NCBI GenBank assembly: GCA_013265495.1
Contig: MU063601.1
Coordinates: forward strand, 62,001 to 126,000
From: Vicugna vicugna
Taxonomy: Eukaryota
DNA length: 64,000 nt
Direction: 5' to 3'
Shown here: positions 35,421 through 49,417 of the stretch, piece by piece
Numbering within the stretch: position 1 is the stretch's first letter
How the letters are laid out: each line of letters starts with the position of its first letter
Notes under the pieces: model-generated
Database searches by the model: none
Told to the model about the DNA's origin: nothing
What the model saw: the letters and a program-made list of their open reading frames with translations, nothing else
Program-made: the position numbers and the translations under genes

Positions 35421-38400
35421 TGAGCAGGCATACTGGAGGCTCTCCTTGATCATTGTCTAGGGCATAGTGAACCTGGGTGTCCTGGGTTAGGGAGTTCTTT
35501 CCAGGAGCATCTTGTCCCCGAGTTCTTCAAGTATGAGGAAAGGGTACAGAAGTCTATTCCAGTGGCACTACCATCTTCTGGCAGCGTGATTGCTTTTTTT
35601 TTTTTTGGTAAACCGCTCCCTCCATTCCCCACTTCCCCCGCCAAGTTTCCTGACATCCAGGTAAATTTCCAAGTTTGTCAAGCATATGATTGCGATCTTT
35701 AGGGCTCTGAGAGCTAACTAAAACAAACTTGTGTATTGCTCAGGATCTTAAGCTCTTTCCTTTAGAGTGTTCAGAAGCATGGAACCTTTTTAAAGTACTG
35801 CTGGTTTTTCATGTGAGGGGTATTTTATAGTTAGGTAAATTGAAGTAGTATTTTTTAGGTTTTGGCTCTTTCCTACCCTTTTGGAGAGAAGCTTTTAAGA
35901 AATAGTAATAATGATAATAGTAATGATGTAACTGTTGATGATGAAGAAGAACCATAGGCCAGTTTGTTATACCCTGGAATTTGTCAAGATATGAATAAAG
36001 TATATAGAAGTTCTAGCATCACTATAGGCATTCAGCAAATGCTTGTTTGTTCGGAGTCACCAAACTATAACCACTGCTGGATTAAATATGGTAGTTATTT
36101 GCTGCCATGTTCTGTATTACAAAGTAGTTTCAGACAGGAAATGAGTGAAGTTATGCCTTGTTCAATGTGCAAAAGGAAATTAAGGCTTCAGAATGACACA
36201 TTATTAAGGCTTCATCATCACTTGCCAGGATACCATTTGTTGGTGAAGATGGTAAGTTTTTTTGCCGGTATTCTGATCTTGACATTTTATACGTTGTTTC
36301 TTATGAGATAGTGAATGGACTAATCATTGTCATGAACTTTCTCCAGATTCTTATGTTGTAGAAGAAGGGATTCTTGATGAAGAGTACCTTGTTATGGATT
36401 TTATATCATGATGATGAGAAATCTCTTAGAATTTGGGAGTCTTTCAGTATAGACATAGAGTAGTGTGGTCCTTTTGGAAGCAGACAGAATTACAAGCAAA
36501 AGCACTGACGTGTAATTAGAAGTCAGAAGTTATATTTTTCTTATAGTTTTCTTTTTCTCAATCACTGATGTGCTCTCTGCTTTCAGAAATAGGATATAGT
36601 ATTATTACTATTCAATGGGGGACCAGATTAATTAGTGTTAAGTGTCTACTATGTACCAGGTGCTTTTTGTATTCCCATTTAATTCTCACAGCCACTATTA
36701 AAAGGTGGTAGGTGCCCTCATTTACGTACATTTGGCACATATTGAGTGGTTTCTATTTGCCGGGCGTTAGGGATACAGTGATGAGATGAAGAGATTTAGA
36801 GACTCAAAGATGTAAAGTAACTTATCCCAGGTCACAAGGTAATAAGAATTGGAGCTGGATTAAAAACCCAGGTCAGACGCCAAGTCCTTGATTTTCCTAT
36901 TAATTACTTTCAAAATAGGTTGTTTCACTTTGAGGTTTCTCATCCACACAGTTGACCTAGCAGCTTGTACAAATGAGAGATGTTGAAGTTAATATAGAAG
37001 ACTTGAATGGCTGGAGGCAAGGAGATCATTTAGGAGATGCTGATTTGAGGCTCTTTGGGGCCTAAGTTAGGCTAGGCTTTTATGTGGGTGGAGATTCTGC
37101 CTTGAAACTCTCTTGGGGCCTCAGGGTGTGTGCTTTGAGACAGAGTTTTTATGAGGCACCTGGGATATGTCTGGGAGAGGAAAGTCTGATTAAAGAAACC
37201 CCAGCAGCCTTTTCTGTTTTTTATTTTGGGGGAAAGAAGACTACATTTATTGGGGCTGAGAGTCAACCAGAAGTCGTCACTTCTTTGTGAAAGTCTTTCT
37301 CTTCAGCTTTGTGGGATATTTACCTCAGGAGATTGTGAAGATCAAGTGAGAAAATACATATGAAAGCACTTTGTTGCTTATAAATTGAACTACAGATTCA
37401 AAGTATTATCACTAAGACTTTTCTACTAAGGTAACAGTTTGTTACATTTAGTAGTTGGAAAAGGCTGTTAGCATTTTAGACCACCTATACAAATGACAAA
37501 TTGTTTAGAACTGCTGAACCGGGTATATTCTGACTCAGAACAGCAAAAGTCAAACCACTCCCTCCATGAGTCAGTCAAGTAATATTTAATTTGAACGAAC
37601 CAAATTTATAGGCAGTAACCCTTTACAACATCACTGAACTTTGGTGGCACTGGGGAAGAGTAAATGTTTGAACGCTTTTGCACATACTTTCTTAAAAAGT
37701 CTGAGAGCCCCATGTTTATATTTTACTTGAAAAGACATTTGTGTGAACAATGAAAAACAGATTTATTTTTCTTAAGATACAACTTTTTGTTCATTTTGTC
37801 TTTAAAGATAGCATTTCTATATGAAGTAGTTACAGATTTTGAGACACAAAGTTAAAATTTAATGGAGATTTATTTTACAAGGTTTGACTGTACTCTTCCT
37901 CTTTTGTTGAAATGTGGAATTGGTAACCAGTGAAGCCTCTAGAAAAAGTATTTACAAATAAGATTCAGAGGAGCAACACATAAATTTTTAGCTGTTGCTC
38001 TTGGAAGAGTGAAACTTAAGTTAGAGTGAAGCCAGTTAGGCTGATTTCTTCAAGTGCTGTTCTGTCAGCTATACCACTTACAGAAGTTGGGGATCTTTAC
38101 AAGTTTCGAGTAACTGGAAATCAGGACCCATAGTTTTCACATGGAAGACTTAGTTCTCTTTTTTGAATAGGGTAGTGGTAGAGATTTTGAGGTCTTGGAA
38201 TACTTGTGAAGATTGACATTATGCTTCAGGTTTCAACATTCCCTTCTTGAGAATTTTCTTTATGCTAAATCACAAATCATCTCATTTAAAATTCGTAATA
38301 GTTCTGTGAGTGATGGCATTCTTTCAATTTTACAGATAAGGAATTGGTTTAGAGATCAATTGTTGAATCCCAGTTAAAGAGTATCAATAAATAGATGGCA

Positions 38401-41400
38401 GTGGATTAAAAAAAAAATGTTTCCCCTTGGGGCTTAACATACTTAAGTCTCTTTCTGGCTACCCTCCCCCACCCCCAGTCATTTTACAGGGAGTTATGTA
38501 GGAATTAATAGATGTCAAGGAAGTTGGCCTTTGTTTTTGCTTGAAATTTAGTTTATAAGTTTCTGTTTGATTAAAAGATACTTCAGTTACTTGCGTATTT
38601 TTTTTTGCTCTTTGGGGGTTGTTGCTACTTTGAGACTTTTCTCAAGATACTAGTTGGGTTATATAGAAACTGATGGTTATTCTCTAAGTTTGTAAAGCAA
38701 GAGTCCTTGATCTTACAGTTCAGATAATTTAGTACCATGGGTTTGTTAAATGAACAATGGGTGCCACCAATTAAAATTGCTTGAGGAAGTGGTGATTTGA
38801 GTCTCTTAATCTGAAATACTAGAAGAGTCTTTTATCTGTTTTCAACTTCAGAACTAGTGTATGTATAGAGATGTCTGGTAGCTTTCTCTGGTTATCCTTT
38901 GTTTTATTGACTGAACCACATTCTCTAGCTCCTTTGACTTCCTGGTCAGTCTCTTGGGACTTGAAGCCTTACAGGATTGCTTGATGTAGAGCTCGAGTGG
39001 GTATTGTATGTAAATCTTTTGCTCCTTGAACTTGTAGAGGTCTAGGCTAGGCTGGAAACTGTCACTACTCTAGCACCTCAATGAAAGAAGCTGCACAGCA
39101 CTGCGGGCTCTGTCTACTTTCCACTTACCCTATGGAGTTACTAGGACCCAGATGAGAAAATAACCTTTCTCCTGCACATCTTAAGGTGGTTTCCCCCCCC
39201 CCCCCGCATTATTTGTTCAATCAGTATGGATTTACAGGACATAAACTCTGCCAGAAAAATGGCTGTGAGGGGTTGACAGATTATACCTATAGTTTTTAAT
39301 GTGACTTGAATACAATTTTTTTTTGCTCTCACTGATTTCTTCCCTGTAGGTTCTATAATACAGCATCCACTCTGTCCTAGAAACTAAATCTCATCATTTG
39401 AATATAAATTTATATTGCATGATATTCCTTTTTAAACTAGAGAATTTTAAGATTAAGCTTTTCTGTGACCCTTTCTTTGCTAGTTGAGCCTGGTTTGAAA
39501 AAATATTTTGACCATTAGAACTGTCTTTACCTTTAGAGAATTGGTGTATTTAATTCCTTTCATAGTATTTTTGGGTTGAAATTTCATTCTTCTCAGAAAA
39601 TGTTAATTCTTTTGGCGTAAAATGCACACATGATATGTTTGCTTTAGCAGATCAGATAAATTACTTTATATTTTTATTTCTGCAGTGGTCAAAAATGTTG
39701 GCTCTTAACTAATGTATTGTTTGACAAGAATTCAAATTCACAATCAAGTCGTCTTTTAGTTTTGAGATTTGAGCTTAACTTTTTTGCATTCTTCCTGGAA
39801 ACATTCATTAGGTTGGAGCACCACAGTCTCTGTAGATTGGATTTATGTACATATGTTGATATTTACTGTTTTTAGTAGCAAAACGAATTGGTGTGTTGCC
39901 TTCTTTTCATTATCGGTGAAGAGCCTATCATGAGGGAACAGAGTGACTGGTTAGTGCAGAAGGATATGAGTCATCAGCAGGATTTGTCAGCAAATTGAGA
40001 AGGATGTGATGGAGAAACAATAGATACTAGTGACATTATTCTTCATTCCACACATGTGGTTACAAACAGGTTTCGTTTTGGTGATTGGTTTAAATTATTC
40101 AAATAATTTAGATCTTTCTGGATGAAGAGCACATCAAATTTAAGTCATAGCCTAAACTCTGAATTGTTTTTCTAGTGAGATGGGATATTCATTTAGAGGT
40201 CAAGTAGAATTTAGTTAAACTCACATCTGTTTACTAGGAAAAAAAAAATTCAGCTATCAGATAGGTTTTAGTAAGCTGAGGGGCTATTTTTTGTGAAGCT
40301 TGCCAACTAATATGGTAATATTTGTTTTCCCTCAGTGAGCAAAGAATTACTCCCTTATTACTACTCTGCTTTTTAAATTCCTAAGAGCTTTTATTGCCTT
40401 TGAATTGGTCTGAATTCTCAGCATGGTCAAGGTCCCCGCAGAGTTACCTAACCAAAAACAGTTCCTGTCTCAAGTCATGCTACCATAGGCCATCACTGTT
40501 TCTACCAGTCTTGTCATAACATTTTTTACCTTTCCTCAGAAGTCTTAATTAATCCTACTCCATTCTACTGGTGATTATTTTTTGTCTTCAAAGTATGTAG
40601 CATTAATAATGAAATTTTAATGCCCATCATCAAATGTTTTTCACCCATGTTGATTCTTCTAGGATCTTGATCCTAGATGGTGATTGTATGGTATGCACAC
40701 ACAGCTCCATAAATGCTTGTTGTAAGATTAGATGTGCTGCATTTTGGTATCATTCAGAGCTGGTATATTGTCCCTCAACTCAGTAAGCATTTGGAGGAAG
40801 AAGACACAAAAGATTAAATTTTGCATTCTTTGAGAAGAGAAGGAGGGTGAATCCATGTTGAACTAAGCTAATGAGCAAAGAATAATAACCCCTTGACACG
40901 GCATTATAGAGATATTTCACCATTTTTACTTCACATATGTAATGTGAAACAGTTGCTTTCACTGTATGACTTTTAAAAGATTTTTGAATATTATATTTTA
41001 TGAAAATAAACATCAGGTCATTATTGGGCAACTAGTGGCTAGACTGTATTTTAAAAGGCCACCAGCAGCTAAAAAATGAATGATTTGGGTTCTTGTCTGT
41101 TTATCTTGTACTATACTTAGTGCACAGAGAGATGGCTGTGAAGTATAATGTGATTTATAAGAAGCAAATTTAGGAGAGGAAGTGTAACTTACTTAGGGGA
41201 AACTTGGACCAAAATGCCTTAACAGCAGAAAAATTCTGGGGCTCAAACAAAAGAATTTATGCTGACAAGATATAATTTGGAATGTTTTTATTCCATATCC
41301 TGTATATAGAGAGCTTCCTTCCCCCCTTTTGGTGGTGGATACTTGAACAGGATCTTTAAATATACTCAATACATTAGGCAAAATGGGGAAATGAAAGAGT

Positions 41401-43095
41401 TAACCTGACCCATGAACTGCTGAGCTCTGAAACGTATATTTTAAATAATGCTAACAATAGCCTGGAAGTTTTTGCTTTGCATGCTGCTCGTGTGCTGTAG
41501 GTTATTTTGAAAGGTGATTCAAATAACCTTTTCCCAAGTATCTATTTTGCAACTTCAGGGAACTTGCAGCTGTTACAGTCATTCTAACTGTCCTGATATA
41601 GCTCAGAAAACATTCAACCCTGTGTTGACAGGGTGAATTCAGGTGTCCTTTGGAGTCTACTGAATTTGCTTTATTACAGTTGAATTTCAGAATCTGAAAT
41701 ACATTTCTTCATCAATGAAATAATTGACTCAGTGGTTCTTGGTTTAATGTATGTGTAGTGATGTTGGAAACTAAAATGATTAAGACTTAAATTGTTCTCC
41801 AGGAAAATTATTTACCATTTTGACATTAAAGAAAGGATGGAAGGAAAGAAGAAAACAAATATTAGAATTTAATTTTATGGGAGTGAAGCTGAATTGGAGA
41901 TAGTTCTCTGTTGTATAAAGGAGGATAGCACACTTATTTTGGAAAAGAATGTGTGTGTGCAAACTTTATAATAAAGAGGCTTGGGAGTCCTGAAATGTAC
42001 ATAAGCTCAAGTCTTTAAATGTAAAATATTTAAAGGAGAGGATAGTCATGATACCTTTGCCTGGAAATGGAAGTATGAATGAATAGAATCAATTTAATAG
42101 AGCTATTGAAGTTAACTTTTAAAAGATTCACTGAAAATGATAAGATTAATGTCCAATATTAGAATGGTACTGTTAGGACTTTTAATGTTTTTACTGGTAT
42201 TCAAGTCACTTTTTAGAAAAAGTATTGGCCATAGTTCTGTTATCTCCATTTAAATTTTGTTTATGAAAGGAAAAATAACATTGGACAAAGGGAATTCAGC
42301 TGCAGAATTGCTAATCTTTAGAGGAACAGTAGAGTACAAAATTGAAAAGTAAATGTTTTCAAATATGGTGTGAAAATATTTAACGCAATTTTTGTCTTAA
42401 AGTTATTTGTAGAGGTAGGAATTACTATAAAAGGACAACAACTTCTAATCACCAGGGTACATACAATTTGAAAACCACTCCCTTTTTATTTGAGTGGTAA
42501 CAGAGCCCACAGGACTTCAGAAAATGACTGTCACTGTTCTCAGAAGCAGGTGTGATTGTTGGTTAATTGCTTTCCTTTTCTTTTTGAGTGGCAGGCCATG
42601 TGTGTCCTGCTGGTTCTGAAATGTTAAGATATTTTCCCACCATCAAGGTCATAATTTCTTTTTATAGAACTAATTATTGATTTGTGTACTGGAACTTGAT
42701 TCTCAAGTTCCCTCCTTAAATGAGGAAGTGGAAAAGCGGGAATAACCAAGGGAGTAACTATGAAACTTTTTTTAGCAGTAAGAAGCATCTTGTTATTTTT
42801 AGCTTGTCTACAGATATTTTGGATCCTAATTTGTGTAGAATTTAGTGGTACCTCTTTCCTTGTCAATTCCCCAGGACTATAGTCAGTAGGGGAGGAGAAC
42901 TAACATTAATTTGAATGGTCTGAGTTCAGGAAGCCAGATGTATTCATTTTTAGTTTGATAAATGCAACAATGGAGGGGTGAACAAAGACGAGTAGTACAG
43001 AGTGTGGAGCTCCTGTTTCTGCAGGGCTCTGATGAGTTGGGAGTAGTCTGTGAAGATGAGTGAAATTTCGGTTTGAGACCAGTTAACCAGAAAAG

Positions 43096-43340
43096 TGTTT
43101 TTGGTTTTTTTTTTAATGAAGTATAGTTGGTACAATTTGTTACTTTCAAGTATACAACATAGTGATCAGACATTTAGATACCTTATAAAATGATCACCTC
43201 TATAATTCTATAACCATCTGTCATCATAAAAAGTTATTACAGTTTTATTGACTATATTCCTTGTGCTGTATATTACATCCCCATGACTTATTTATTTTAT
43301 AACTGGAAGTTTGTACCCCTTAGTCTCCTTCAGCTTCTTC
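43096..43340 (-). mobile_element. L1 3' end fragment (L1MA-like)
   Basis: T tail, AATGAAGTATAGTTG, TATACAACATAGTGAT, TATATTCCTTGTGCTGTATATTACATCCCCATGACTTATTTATTTTATAACTGGAAGTTTGTACC. Confidence 0.8.
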
Positions 43341-43559
43341 ACCCAGTCTCCCATCCAGAAGATGAGTGTTTAATTAGCAAAGTTGAGTACTCTTTAATTT
43401 ACAAGATACTTTTTATCTCAGATGGTCAAAATGCAGTAGATACAGTAGTTCTTTACAGATTTCTCTACTTTTCTTCCTTGATGGTTGTGAAGATTTGATG
43501 ATTTGTTGTCTGAATGGTCAGGCTTCTACAAGTTCTTAACAGTTACTCAGGACCTTGAC

Positions 43560-44315
43560 TCTTTTTTTTTCATAGGCCCCGTATCTAGTCTGTGGACAAA
43601 TCATTTTGGGTTATACCTCAAAGTATATCTTGAAATTGATTCATATCCTTTCAATTGCTACTTCTCTGGCCCAAGCTTCGGTTATCTCTTTCCTGCATTA
43701 TATATAGCATCGGGCTCCTACCAGAGAGCCCTGCTTCCACCCTTACTACTCATGTAATCTGTCTCCACATAGCATCTAGACTGATCCTTTTAAACGTAAG
43801 TTGTATCTCTTGCTTGGAACCTCTTACTTTTCTCTGAATGAAAGCTGAATACTTCTGTTTTTTTCCCCCAAATACTTCTGTTGACCCATAAGGTTCTCTT
43901 TTTCTCTTTTTACTTCTCTGACCCCATTCATTCCCTTGCCTTCTCTGCTGCCCCTTGTTGTTCCTATAACACTCCAAGCATGGCCCCACCTCATGACCTT
44001 TGCAAGAGCTAATCCCTCTGCCTAGAATACTCCCTCAAATATCTATTTGGCTCACAACCCCAGGTCTAGGATAAAATGTCACTTTATTCATTGAGGCATT
44101 TCCTGATAGCCTTATTTAAAAGTGGAATCCCCTCTCCCTTCTGGCACTGCAGATTTTCCTGCTTTGCATTTTTCTTCACAGCAGTGACATATTTTACTTG
44201 TATTTTTGTGTTGTAAAATGTACGGTCCATCCTGACAGGGATTTTTGTTGTATTTACTGCTCTTACTGCACCTATAAGAATATATGATACACAGTATGTG
44301 TCCAATAAATATTTG
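43560..44315 (+). mobile_element. L2 3' region
   Basis: CCTCATGACCTTTGCA...CTCTGCCTAGAATACTC...; terminates CAATAAATATTTGAAT. Confidence 0.75.
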
Positions 44316-47300
44316 AATTTATATATTCTTAACTAGCCAAGTTACAGGGAAAATGTGTAACCTTTCATGAGAGTGAATTCTGTACTGTTGACAGATTATT
44401 TATACTTGTGCAGGTGTCTTCAATGAGGTGAAATGAATTTGTTTTAGGAAAAAATTGTTGTAGGGTGTTAGTCTTTTATACATATTATGCTTTCATGTTG
44501 CCTGCTTGTAGAAACCAAACTGACTGAAATTTGCATGACTTCCTGTAGAATTTCTGGTAAGAAAAGTAAACAGTAAGTGTATACTTGTTCTTCAGACTGT
44601 TGCTGTTAGATTTTATTTGCTAAGATCTGGAGTTCTTTATCGTACATTTGTCGATAATATGCTGTTTTAATTTGGTGAATATTGGCGTAGCTTACTGAAT
44701 TAGATTTATTGTATCATTTACTTCCGTTTGGAAATAGAGGTGATTTTCTCAATGGAAAGCTTGATGTAAATGGATTGACAGGATTTTTGAAAGGATGCCC
44801 AGTAAGTTTGGGTTACATTAAAAGAGGCTGATATTGTAAAGTTTTCTCATGCCCTTAAATTCTCTGTATTTATATTTGAACTTAGAATTACAGTTGTCAA
44901 ATCAGGATCTCAATTTTACTCAGTAATTTAGTTTCTTTAACAAAGAAGAAAGCTGGAATTTAACAAAGAAGAAAGTCTTTCTGGAATTGGGTAGGTATAG
45001 GCTTGCCTGGGACAGAGGGACTAGCTCTTTTGAGGTTCTTTGTAATCCAGTGGTTGTAGCACTCTTAAAGAAATAGTTAAATTGTAAACCATTGTAGGGT
45101 TCTTTATCACCCTAGAATTCAAACTAAAAAATTAAAGTGATATATGTACATGGAAAAAAAATTGAAACTTCAGAAGGTATGTATTGTAAATCATGGTCCT
45201 GACCTCCAGCTCTAATCCCCTCCACCCCCAGGCAACCACTGTTACCTCTTCTGTTTGTGACTTTTCAGATAGTCCATGAGAATGAAAACATACACAGTAC
45301 TCACAAATATTTCTACATACTGTTCATACTGTCATGTACCTTGCTTTTTTCACTTACTAGTGTTCCTTAGCCATCTTCCCGAATCAATTTATATAGATCT
45401 TTTTTACGCTTTTTAACCTCTGCATAGTTTTCTAACATTGTGTCATGATTAAATGATGGATATTGTATTATTTCATACATTTTGGTTCTTTTGATTCTCA
45501 TCTAGGTAAATGTTAGCAGTATAATATTGACACTGGTCATTTAAACTCTTAACATACCTCTCTTCAGAGTTGTAAGTAGTCTCTGGTGTGTTACTGACTT
45601 AGTCTTACTGGCAGTGCGGTCTCTTAGCTTGGTAGGCTTCTGCTTGCTTGCTCTTCTTCTAGTCTCCTCTTGCTTCAATCTTCTTTCTCTTTTCCTCTTC
45701 CTGCCCTTCCTTCTTAATTTAAAAGGATTTCTCTGTCATAGACCATCCTTTCTAATCGTCAGTGAAGTTATGTTCTTTTGTTAAAAATGGAAATGTTGCC
45801 TGGAAATGGAAATGTCCCAAATTCAACATTTTAACAGTTACATTCTGTAAAAGATAACGGTATGGAATATTTGGATGCATATTGAATTCGATCATTGTTA
45901 CGTGTCAAGTAGACCAGCCTCTTCCATCATCTGGTAAATTGAAACAAAAATTAATTTTTATTTACATAGGTAGAGCAAGGTTAATGCCAGAGAGAAAATT
46001 TTAGAAGAAAGTTTTCCAGTAAGATATACAGGTGCTGAGTTTATGCTAAAATGTAGGGCTCTGTAACTTTTGAGTACTTTCCAGCTGTGATAGGTTATGA
46101 TCTTTTTACAGACTATTTGCTTTACATTCTTATGGGTGTCACAGAAATTAACATTATCTAAATTGACAGGTGCAAGAACAGTTCACTGTTGATACGTAGT
46201 TGAGCTCTTGGGAGAAGGGGAAGGAACAGAAGCTTGCTTTTTTACCATGTATCTGTTAACATTGATAGAACATACTGTTTCATTTGGCAGAAATTCCTTT
46301 GCTGGGGATCTCAGTATGGTATTAAGAATTGAAAATCTAATAATGAATTATCCTTATCCCTGGAAATGGTCCTTCCAAAATGAGCTTGGAGGAATAAGAT
46401 GGGATAAAGGTTATTCTGTTTGCTGAGCAAACACCAGTGACCACGTAGAAAACTTAATGCTAGAGCTGTAACCTTTTAAGCCTGGACATCACTACAATGC
46501 GTGTCTTTCAGCGCCTTTCTCAGCTGACACACATACTAGCTGTGATAACATCATTAAACCAAAGGGATTCAAACAGGTTAGAATTTCCTTGTGTTTAGCT
46601 CTGCACTGCATGCAAACCATTGTTCTTTGAGTAGTTACTTGAATAATCTTTTCTTCCCTTATTATAAGGTCAAAGAGTTGCAAATGAACATCCAAGCAAA
46701 TATTTGAAGAAAAGTTACACTTTGATGAATAAGATTATGACTTGGAAAATACATGGGTACCTGCATTAGTCAAATTGAAGGAAAAATAAATAGGGAGTTA
46801 GGAGACCTGGGTTCTTGTCCTTGATCTGCTACCAATTAGCAGTGTGATCTTAAGTCATTTTAACCTCTCTGGATCCCAAACATCATTTTTTTTTTAAGAG
46901 ATCAGTATATTTGGTCTCTTAAGTTTCTGCTAGCTTGAAGATTCCTTGACTATACAATGGAGTACTCTATGAAATGGGTAATCTGAAGTGGCTTGTTTTG
47001 GGGGTACAGTTAGAATCATGAGTTAGATTATGAGTTAGAAAGAGTGGTGGTGTATATTTTTGTTTTCTTAGTTTGAATGTAGAAGTTTTGTGTTTTTACT
47101 GTAGTGGATAACTCATTCTGCTGAGGTATTAAAGTTCTTATGCCATTTTGAATTCCTGTGTATCTTATATTTTAGGAATGTTTTAGTTTTGTGCTTGTGT
47201 ATGCTAATATAATCAGAAGTATGTAATTTACAAAATAAAATGTCTAAAGAGTATTATAAAAAGAAGACTTGAGGATAGAAGATGAGGCTTGAAAGTTGGA

Positions 47301-48261
47301 GAGTTAGGTTCGTTCTTATCTGTTTGTTTCTTCCTGCAAGTGCCTCTGTAGTCATTATCTTTCATCTCTCTGGTCACAGTCATCTTTTTTAGAGTTCTAA
47401 ATAAGCATTGGTATCTTAGGGAAGAGACAAGTAAAAGAACTTAGACCTTGTCCCTTTTTTCCAGAGGAATTTATGATTATGTTGACACTCTGAGGCAGCT
47501 ATATAGATTACTGTGTTTCAAAGAAACAGGCCTAAAATAATATTAAAAATACTGCCACTTCTCTTTCTTGTCTTGTTTTTGGTAGGGATTAATATTTGGG
47601 CAGGAGAATGCTGTGTGAATTAGTGACCTTTAGATGCTTTTGTACTCTTGAGGCAGTGAAGAGAAATAGTAAAAAAAAAGGTAAACTGGACTAGAAATGG
47701 GAGGATGGAATTTATGCATTTAGTTGAGTTAGCTGGCATTGTGGGACCTTGGAAAAAATACAGGACTAACAGAAGGCTTGGGTTTGAATTTATGCTCAAC
47801 TAATTCATTCACCTTAGACAAGTCACTTCACTTTTCTGATCCTCTTTCCCTGTAGGTAGTAAAAACCACTCAAAATTGTGAGGAAAAGAAGATAATTTTT
47901 TGAAAGTACTTTATGACCTGATATCATAATTGGGGCCAATACATATATTTTGGATAGAAAGAATTAAATCCTCAAAGTGGAATTTTTATAAATATCCTTC
48001 ATTCATGTACAGATACAATTTTAAGCAAAGTACTTAACCATCAAAGCAGAAAAATAAGATCATTGTGAACTTTTCATGGAGGGAAGATTTCTTTAAGTAT
48101 CTTTTAATCATTTAAAAATGATTTTAAATGAATTTTAAAATTTAATCATTTTCAAATGACTTGAGTTAGAAATTATTAGTACAGAAAATTTATTGAAACC
48201 TGTTTTAAAAAAAGACATACTTGACTTTTGAATTTCTGACTTTTAAAACTCTTGGTATACA

Positions 48262-48344
48262 ATTAAGACACAACATTGTAGATTGCCTATAACTCAATAA
48301 AAAAAAAATGTAAAAAAAAAAAAACCAGACACACACACACACAC
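48262..48344 (+). mobile_element. Very short young L1 3' tail with AATAAA, poly(A) and (CA)n
   Basis: GACACAACATTGTAGATTGCCTATAACTCAATAAAAAA; perfect 17-bp TSD AAAACTCTTGGTATACA (48245-48261, 48345-48361). Confidence 0.88.
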
Positions 48345-48441
48345 AAAACTCTTGGTATACACTTTTATCCGATTCTTCATAGATGGCAGTAGTTTAGAAT
48401 TGTTACCATTTCAGATGTCTTTGGGCTCATAAAGAATGTAT

Positions 48442-48734
48442 TCTTTTATTTTTAATTGACGTTTAGTCCATATATAATGTATTAGTCTGGTGTACAGCAT
48501 GGTGACTCAATTATATGCACAGACATATATATTCTTTTTCATTATAGGTTACTGCAAGATTGAATATAGTTCTTTGTGCTATACAGTTGGACCTTGTTGT
48601 TTATCTATTTTGTATATGGTATTTAGTATCTGCAAATCCAGAACTTCCAATTTATCCTTCCCCCTTTCCCCTCTGGTAACCAGTTTATTTTGTATGTCTG
48701 TGAGTCTGTTTCTGTTTTGTAAATAAGTTCATTT
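48442..48734 (-). mobile_element. Lineage-specific L1 3' UTR fragment, same family as 18360-18658
   Basis: Shared text TCTGGTGTACAGCAT...CATTATAGGTTACT...TGTGCTATACAG...CCCTCTGGTAACC; TSD AAGAAYGTAT (48432-48441, 48735-48744). Confidence 0.85.
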
Positions 48735-48810
48735 AAGAACGTATGCTTGACTTTGGGCGTTGTGTTTACTATGCTATCAACCTCCAGTTCATTTTACATA
48801 TGCTTTTCTC

Positions 48811-49417
48811 NNNNNNNNNNNNNNNNNNNNNNNNNNNNNNNNNNNNNNNNNNNNNNNNNNNNNNNNNNNNNNNNNNNNNNNNNNNNNNNNNNNNNNNNNN
48901 NNNNNNNNNNNNNNNNNNNNNNNNNNNNNNNNNNNNNNNNNNNNNNNNNNNNNNNNNNNNNNNNNNNNNNNNNNNNNNNNNNNNNNNNNNNNNNNNNNNN
49001 NNNNNNNNNNNNNNNNNNNNNNNNNNNNNNNNNNNNNNNNNNNNNNNNNNNNNNNNNNNNNNNNNNNNNNNNNNNNNNNNNNNNNNNNNNNNNNNNNNNN
49101 NNNNNNNNNNNNNNNNNNNNNNNNNNNNNNNNNNNNNNNNNNNNNNNNNNNNNNNNNNNNNNNNNNNNNNNNNNNNNNNNNNNNNNNNNNNNNNNNNNNN
49201 NNNNNNNNNNNNNNNNNNNNNNNNNNNNNNNNNNNNNNNNNNNNNNNNNNNNNNNNNNNNNNNNNNNNNNNNNNNNNNNNNNNNNNNNNNNNNNNNNNNN
49301 NNNNNNNNNNNNNNNNNNNNNNNNNNNNNNNNNNNNNNNNNNNNNNNNNNNNNNNNNNNNNNCCCCACTTTCCCCATCACACTCACACACGCACGCTCAC
49401 ACTTTTTATTTGCCATA
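48811..49417 (+). other. PTP4A2: PTP4A2 exon 2, 5' UTR part (acceptor and most of the UTR lie in N gap 48811-49362)
   Basis: Pyrimidine tract TATGCTTTTCTC just before the gap; 55 visible UTR bases lead into GCCATAATG. The known gene has a long UTR segment in this exon, which fits the gap size. Confidence 0.65.

Noticed and set aside
33947-35453. Long ORFs (494 aa, 229 aa, 209 aa and others) over the promoter
   Set aside because: They come from GC-rich stop-poor DNA, low-complexity tracts and read-through of Ns; no recognisable domain.
36405-36510. Possible intronic C/D snoRNA (ATGATGA ... CTGA)
   Set aside because: No terminal stem or D'/C' boxes seen; such motif pairs are common in AT-rich introns.
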